Shown: positions 58,633 through 64,000 of the stretch, piece after piece | Layout: every line of letters begins with the position of its first letter | How positions within the stretch are numbered: the first letter of the stretch is position 1 | From: an uncultured Spirochaetota bacterium | GTDB lineage: Bacteria > Spirochaetota > Brevinematia > Brevinematales > JAOACQ01 | Direction: 5' to 3' | NCBI GenBank assembly: GCA_963796325.1 | Contig: CAWCLF010000001.1 | Span: forward strand, 404,928 to 468,927 | Length of the DNA: 64,000 nt | Notes under the pieces: model-generated | Database searches by the model: none | What the model was told of the DNA's origin: nothing | The model's input: only the letters and a program-made list of their open reading frames with translations | Position numbers and translations under genes: made by a program

Positions 58633-58665
58633 TTGACATGGAACAAAAATGATGATATTATCATC
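58633..58665 (+). promoter_or_regulatory. sigma-70 promoter with an overlapping 15-bp palindrome (candidate ROK-repressor operator) for the sugar ABC operon
   Basis: TTGACA (58633-38), 17 nt, TATTAT (58656-61). The perfect palindrome gatgatattatcatc (58651-58665) covers the -10. Confidence 0.5.
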
Positions 58666-58735
58666 GAAATTAATACTATAATTTAGACATAAATCCAATT
58701 TATTTCAGGAAAAAATTTTTATGGAGGGATAGTTT

Positions 58736-59821
58736 ATGAAGAAGTTGTTCACACTAGCGGTTGTTCTTGTTGTTGCAGCCGGACTTTTCTCCTGTGCTAA
58801 AACAGGCGGGAAGTTTATAGGCGTTGCGATGCCTGAAACCCATGTCCTGCGCTGGTATAAGGATGGCGCCTCGCTTGTTGCGGATGCAATTGCCAAGGGT
58901 TACAGGGCTGAAGTTTCCTACGGTGACGCCGACCAGAGCAAGCAGAACGGGCAGATCCAGGATTTCCTGACAAAAGGCGCAAAGCTTCTCGTTATCGGCG
59001 ACGTTAACGAAGGTGTTGATCCCGTTGTAGCAGATGCCGCAAAGGATGGAGTGATTGTTATCGCTTACGACCGTTTGATAACCGGTTCCAAAGATTATGA
59101 CTACTATATCACATTTGATAACTTCAAGGTCGGAACATTACAGGGTAAAGCCCTTGAAACGGCGCTCGACCTTCCCAATGCTACGAAGGCCAAACCGAAG
59201 ATCATCACGCTGTTCTCAGGGTCTCCCACGGACAACAATTCAAGGATGTTCTTCGACGGCGCTATGAGCATTCTCGCCCCTTACGTACAGAAGGGAGTTC
59301 TTAAGATCGCCGGCCCTGCTCCGCTCAAAGACAGCGATCCGGCCTGGATGAAGATCACGACGGAAAACTGGATGCCGGATATTGCAAAGACCCGCATGGA
59401 AAACCTTCTCAGCGGAGATTGCAAAAATGTAGTTCTTGACGGCATTCTCGCTCCTAACGACACGCTTGCCAGAGCGATAATCGAAGCATGTTCTTCGGAT
59501 GCGAAATATGCAGCGAAGCTTCCTGTGGTGACAGGCCAGGACGGTGAAGCCGCATCTATCGCGTTCATCCGCGACGGAAAGCAGTATATGACCGTTTTCA
59601 AGGATACGCGCAGCCTCGCGGCCGCGACCATCGAGCTTGCCGATGCTTTGCTTAAAGGCACCGAACCCGATATTAAGGGCGCACGCCTCGACACTAGTAC
59701 CTATAATACCGGACTGAAAGCTGTAAAAGCTTACCTCCTCGAACCAGTTGCCGTTACTAAAGACAACTGGAAGGCTGTCATGGTAGACAGCGGATACTAC
59801 AAGGATACCGATATAAAATAA
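58736..59821 (+). CDS. CUT2-family monosaccharide ABC transporter substrate-binding lipoprotein (xylose/ChvE-type)
   Basis: Lipobox LFSCAK. Periplasmic-binding-protein type I pattern (IGVAMP…, VIAYDRLI…). Operon with a double-ABC ATPase and a roughly 400-aa permease. Confidence 0.8.
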   Translation: MKKLFTLAVVLVVAAGLFSCAKTGGKFIGVAMPETHVLRWYKDGASLVADAIAKGYRAEVSYGDADQSKQNGQIQDFLTKGAKLLVIGDVNEGVDPVVADAAKDGVIVIAYDRLITGSKDYDYYITFDNFKVGTLQGKALETALDLPNATKAKPKIITLFSGSPTDNNSRMFFDGAMSILAPYVQKGVLKIAGPAPLKDSDPAWMKITTENWMPDIAKTRMENLLSGDCKNVVLDGILAPNDTLARAIIEACSSDAKYAAKLPVVTGQDGEAASIAFIRDGKQYMTVFKDTRSLAAATIELADALLKGTEPDIKGARLDTSTYNTGLKAVKAYLLEPVAVTKDNWKAVMVDSGYYKDTDIK

Positions 59822-59838
59822 CCTGTTAGAGTAAGCCG

Positions 59839-59876
59839 GCCGGGCCTTTACAGGCCCGGCATGTTTTATTATTTTT
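59839..59876 (+). terminator. intra-operon hairpin terminator/attenuator after the SBP gene
   Basis: gccgggcc-tttaca-ggcccggc followed by atgttttattatttttt. Confidence 0.65.
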
Positions 59877-59896
59877 TACTATGGGATATTAAGGCG

Positions 59897-61438
59897 ATGA
59901 ACGATTATATACTGGAGATTGAGAATCTCACCAAGGATTTCCCGGGGGTTCGTGCTCTGGATTCGGTGAACGTGAAGGTAAAAAAGGGAGAGATCCATTC
60001 GATAGTAGGTGAGAACGGAGCAGGGAAATCCACCCTCATGAGCGTAATAAGCGGCGTGTTCCCGAAAGGCAGCTACCAGGGAAAGGTTTTTTATAAAGGC
60101 AAAGAAACTCACTATTTAAGCGTTAAGGACAGCGAAAGGGAAAATCTTGCCATTATTCACCAGGAACTTGCCCTGAGCCCGTATCTTTCAATTTACGAGA
60201 ATATCTTTCTCGGGCATATGAAAACGACGCTGGGTATAATAAACTGGGATAAATACATAGTCGAATCGAAGAAATACCTTGACCGGGTCGGCCTGAAGGA
60301 AAATCCGGGCATAATCGTGAGCAAGCTCGGGGTTGGAAAGCAGCAGCTCGTTGAAATTGCGCGCGCTCTCTCAAAAAAGGTAGAGCTGCTTATTCTTGAC
60401 GAACCGACTTCATCTCTCAATGACGATGAAAGCGACAAGCTGCTCGATCTCATCCTGGACCTTAAAAAGCATGGTATTACCTGCATAATGATATCACATA
60501 AATTGAAGGAAGTGCTTAAGATCGCTGATTCCGTCACGGTTTTGCGCGACGGGAAATCGATATCTTCCTATAATGTAAAAAAGGATTCCCTGAACGAAAT
60601 GACGCTTATAAGGGATATGGTCGGACGGGATCTGGATACGCGCCTGGAAAAACACCCCATAGAGACGGAGGAGAAAGTCCTCGAAGTCAGGAACTGGACC
60701 GTCTATCATCCCGATTATCATTCGCTCAAGGTCGTCGACAACGTTTCATTCTATCTTCGAAAAGGAGAGATCCTTGCGTTCTGCGGACCTATGGGTGCCG
60801 GCAGGACGGAACTGATGATGAGCATTTACGGACAATCCTACGGCTCCAGCTGCAGGGGGGAAATATATATCCATGGAAAGCGGGCTCATACCGCAAAGCC
60901 TATGATGGCTCTTAAAGCGGGTATCGGGTATGTTACCGAGGACCGCAAGAGCCTCGGCCTGATCCTGATACAGAGCGTCAAGACGAATATATCCATCTCC
61001 AGTTTAAGCAAATTGTCGAAAATAGGCATAGTCAACAGCCATGAAGAAATCCGCGCTGCTGAAAAATACCGCGATACGCTGCGTATTAAGACGCCTACCA
61101 TAAACCAGCTTGCCCGAAACCTTTCCGGCGGCAACCAGCAGAAAGTCATATTGAGCCGGACGCTTCTTGCCAATCCGGACATCTTTATTGTAGACGAACC
61201 GACCCGCGGCATCGATGTCGGCGCGAAGTTCGAGATCCATTCCATCCTGAATAATCTTGTGCAGCAGGGGAAAAGTATAATTATAATCACGTCGGAATTA
61301 CCGGAAGCCCTCTCGATGGCGGACCGGATATACGTAATGAATGAGGGCAGGATTAAAGGTATGCTTATGCGCGAGGAAGCAACGCAGGAAAAAGTAATGC
61401 ATATGGCGTTAATAAAGCAGGAGGAAGTGCTTGTATGA
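59897..61438 (+). CDS. sugar ABC transporter ATP-binding protein (fused double ABC domain; XylG/MglA/GguA-type)
   Basis: Start at MNDYILEIENL. Walker A GENGAGKST, plus a second ABC domain with LSGGNQQK and FIVDEPTRGIDV. Confidence 0.9.
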   Translation: MNDYILEIENLTKDFPGVRALDSVNVKVKKGEIHSIVGENGAGKSTLMSVISGVFPKGSYQGKVFYKGKETHYLSVKDSERENLAIIHQELALSPYLSIYENIFLGHMKTTLGIINWDKYIVESKKYLDRVGLKENPGIIVSKLGVGKQQLVEIARALSKKVELLILDEPTSSLNDDESDKLLDLILDLKKHGITCIMISHKLKEVLKIADSVTVLRDGKSISSYNVKKDSLNEMTLIRDMVGRDLDTRLEKHPIETEEKVLEVRNWTVYHPDYHSLKVVDNVSFYLRKGEILAFCGPMGAGRTELMMSIYGQSYGSSCRGEIYIHGKRAHTAKPMMALKAGIGYVTEDRKSLGLILIQSVKTNISISSLSKLSKIGIVNSHEEIRAAEKYRDTLRIKTPTINQLARNLSGGNQQKVILSRTLLANPDIFIVDEPTRGIDVGAKFEIHSILNNLVQQGKSIIIITSELPEALSMADRIYVMNEGRIKGMLMREEATQEKVMHMALIKQEEVLV

Positions 61439-62625
61439 GTGAGGTCCGAAAGCAACATACTACATTAAGTTCATTGCTGGTAAGCAATATCCGCAATTAT
61501 TCAATGATCATGATGCTTGCTGTGATCTTGATAGCCTTTTCATTTTTGACCGGCGGCGTCAATCTGGATTCGCGCAATATCACGAATATCTTTATGCAGA
61601 ACAGCTATATACTTCTCCTTGCCGTCGGAATGATGATGGTTATTATCATCGGTAATATCGATCTTTCGGTCGGTTCCTTATGCGCGCTGACCGGGGCTTT
61701 CAGCGCGATGATATACAATACCGGAATCGGTATGATCGCGACGGTGCTCCTGACTATCGGCATCGGCGTTTTAATAGGCGCTTTTCAGGGTTACTGGATA
61801 GCATATCTCAGGATACCGGCATTTATCGTTACCCTTGCCGGAATGCTTCTTTTCCGCGGCCTTACATATATTGTAACCAATGTTACCCCGATCTCGCTCA
61901 AGGACGACCAGTTCAAGCAGATTGCCACCGGCACAATAAATATTCCCGGACTGACTGCAGGCAACGTGCATTATACATCGCTTCTTATCGGCGCCCTGAT
62001 TTTTATTATTTATTTAGTTTTTGAAATAATTTCACGGAATAACAAAAAACGCTACAATTTTGAAGTGCTTTCGCCGGTATTTTTCATGGCGAAGGTCCTT
62101 TTGATCGGCATTTTTATAGGGGCATTGTCCTGGGAGTTCGCGACCTACCGCGGTATCCCGATAGTTGTGATAGTTCTGGGAGCGACCATAGTGCTCTTTA
62201 CGTTTATCACAAATAATACCATGCTTGGACGCTATATCTATGCCGTAGGGGGTAACGCCCGTTCGGCCAAACTGTCCGGCATCAACACCGAGAGGGTGAC
62301 GTTTACCGTTCATGTTATTATGGGCGCGTTATGCGGGCTTGCCGGCGTCATATTCGCAGCTTATATGGATTCGGCTCTTCCCCAGGCGGGAAACCTTTTC
62401 GAACTCGATGCCATCGGTGCATGTTTTATCGGAGGGGCTTCGACTTCCGGAGGCATCGGCACGATCGTCGGCGCAATGACCGGCGGCCTTGTAATTGCAT
62501 CGATCGACAACGGTATGTCTCTTATGAATATAGCGGCCCAATGGCAGTACGTGGTAAAAGCCTTTGTCCTGCTTTTTGCCGTCCTGTACGATATTTATAC
62601 CCGACGCAAATCCGGGCTGGGTTGA
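61435..62625 (+). CDS. sugar ABC transporter permease (XylH/GguB-type)
   Basis: 396 aa and about 10-12 TM. …GGNARSAKLSGIN… motif typical of CUT2 permeases. ATGA-type overlap with the ATPase gene. Confidence 0.85.
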   Translation: MSEVRKQHTTLSSLLVSNIRNYSMIMMLAVILIAFSFLTGGVNLDSRNITNIFMQNSYILLLAVGMMMVIIIGNIDLSVGSLCALTGAFSAMIYNTGIGMIATVLLTIGIGVLIGAFQGYWIAYLRIPAFIVTLAGMLLFRGLTYIVTNVTPISLKDDQFKQIATGTINIPGLTAGNVHYTSLLIGALIFIIYLVFEIISRNNKKRYNFEVLSPVFFMAKVLLIGIFIGALSWEFATYRGIPIVVIVLGATIVLFTFITNNTMLGRYIYAVGGNARSAKLSGINTERVTFTVHVIMGALCGLAGVIFAAYMDSALPQAGNLFELDAIGACFIGGASTSGGIGTIVGAMTGGLVIASIDNGMSLMNIAAQWQYVVKAFVLLFAVLYDIYTRRKSGLG

Positions 62626-63792
62626 TTATTCAAGATATTCCTGGATTGGAAGGATTGCGGCTCCGAGCATAGGCGCCCGGAAACCGAGCCGTGAAGCTGT
62701 GATCGAGACATCGCCTGCGCCTTCGAATCCGACCGGCGTGAATACCTTTTCCTTGAGAGGTTCGATGAGGATATCGCCGAGAAGCCCTATTTTCCCGCCG
62801 ATAACGATCGTCTGAGGATCGAGCCCGAGCATTATGTTTTGAATGCCCACGGCAAAAAAGTCCAGGTATTCGTTGAATAAATTTATTGAATCTTTATCGC
62901 CGGATTTCATGGACGCCAGGAGATCCGAAATAGAATAATCCGCCGGAATTTTACCGCCCTTTGATTCGAAATAACGTCCTAATAGAGCTTTTTCAGAGGC
63001 GTAAAGTTCCCAGCAGCCCTTTCGTCCGCAATTGCAAAGTTTGCCGTCCGGGACTATTGTCATATGGCCGAACTCGCCGGCGCGCTGATTTTTACCCTTG
63101 TACAATTTTCCATGGATAATGATGCCTGTTCCGATTCCTCCTGTAATAGAGACGTAGACCAGGTTTCCCGATTTTGATAGTTTCCCGAGTTTCATTTCGG
63201 CGAGAGCGCCTGCATTCGCCTCGTTCTCTATAAATATCGGGTAGCGGAAAAGATTTTCAAACGGTTTAAAGAGGATATCCTTCATCCCGAGATTGGGCGC
63301 GAGCTCCAGGGCCATCTTTTTCTGGTTGACTGTGCCCGGCAGTGAAAACCCTATCCCGAGGACCTTTTCATCGGGAATATTCTGCGATAAAAGAATGCGT
63401 TCTATTTCTTCAGAAATTCGGAGCATAACATTATCTATGCGGCCGAAGGGTTCAGTTACAAGACCGGTCTCGAAGAGGATCTCCGAATCCAGATTCGAGA
63501 GGATAATTCCGACTTTTGCCTGTGTTATATCGATTCCGAAAGATACCTTGGCATCCGGCAGATAGCGGACGATAAGCGCTTTCCGGCCGCCGGTCGATGC
63601 GGCCGTACCGGCTTCCTCAACCAGGCCTTCCTCGATCAGTGACTGGATATTTGAAGCTACGGTCGGTATGCTGATATTTGTCTTTAATGAAATATCCTGC
63701 CTCGTTAATTCCCTTTTAACCGAGAGCAGATTTAAGATCTTATGCCTGTTGTAATCTTTGATAGCCCTATGGTTGATTACAGGGTGGATCAT
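62626..63792 (-). CDS. ROK-family transcriptional regulator (XylR/NagC-like)
   Basis: N-terminal wHTH (…LTRQDISLKTNISIPTVASNIQSLIEEGLV) and the ROK signature GEFGHM…CNCGRKGCWE. Convergent with and abutting the permease gene. Confidence 0.85.
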   Translation of the reverse strand: MIHPVINHRAIKDYNRHKILNLLSVKRELTRQDISLKTNISIPTVASNIQSLIEEGLVEEAGTAASTGGRKALIVRYLPDAKVSFGIDITQAKVGIILSNLDSEILFETGLVTEPFGRIDNVMLRISEEIERILLSQNIPDEKVLGIGFSLPGTVNQKKMALELAPNLGMKDILFKPFENLFRYPIFIENEANAGALAEMKLGKLSKSGNLVYVSITGGIGTGIIIHGKLYKGKNQRAGEFGHMTIVPDGKLCNCGRKGCWELYASEKALLGRYFESKGGKIPADYSISDLLASMKSGDKDSINLFNEYLDFFAVGIQNIMLGLDPQTIVIGGKIGLLGDILIEPLKEKVFTPVGFEGAGDVSITASRLGFRAPMLGAAILPIQEYLE

Positions 63793-64000
63793 AATTTACC
63801 TTCATCGGAGTTTTAATACTTGAAAGCCGCCGGATTGCCGGGATCCGGGCCTTCAATATTAATCCATATTATCATCTTCTTTTATTGCAGTATAAAGAAT
63901 TATATCATTCAATATAAATCATGTCAAAAAATAAATAACATTTAAAATAATATTTAGAAAGTATGCAAAATGTGCGCAGTTTTAAAAAATTCGTGGTATT

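Overview
The window most likely comes from a spirochaete, an inference from a FlaA-type periplasmic flagellar sheath protein. It splits into conserved core blocks and two accessory patches. Core blocks are fmt/def, flaA, a YejABEF/Opp-type peptide ABC transporter with two tandem paralogous binding proteins, a thioredoxin-fusion protein, an outer-membrane beta-barrel candidate, ilvE, lolCDE-like genes, pncA-pncB, glgP and a TPR protein. They continue with a short divergent DnaE-like gene, rimP-nusA-infB-rbfA-nrnA-(GH-like)-rluD, and a CUT2 sugar ABC operon with a ROK regulator. Accessory patch 1 (about 9.8-14.9 kb) holds an ankyrin-repeat gene cleanly split by an IS5-family element, a second IS5-family element and a 200-bp foldback repeat. 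Accessory patch 2 (about 40.6-58.7 kb) is visibly A+T-rich and looks like a defence/mobile island. It contains a translationally coupled minimal nucleotidyltransferase + stand-alone DUF262/ParB-like pair, which matches no named system I can recall and is the best candidate for something new. It also contains an OLD-family ATPase-TOPRIM nuclease, a truncated IS1380-type transposase, an IS21 element (istAB) and a type II R-M pair whose nuclease has a NucS-like PD-(D/E)xK core. The rest of the patch is a membrane-protein gene split by an intact IS1380 element, an esterase, an HTH protein with a histone-H1-like tail, a RelB/RelE-type TA pair, a VOC protein and an REC-PAS-GGDEF regulator. Three IS insertions can be resolved to the base, with target-site duplications and in-frame reconstruction of the host gene. 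No rRNA, tRNA or CRISPR array was seen. All family calls come from motif reading only; no searches were run.
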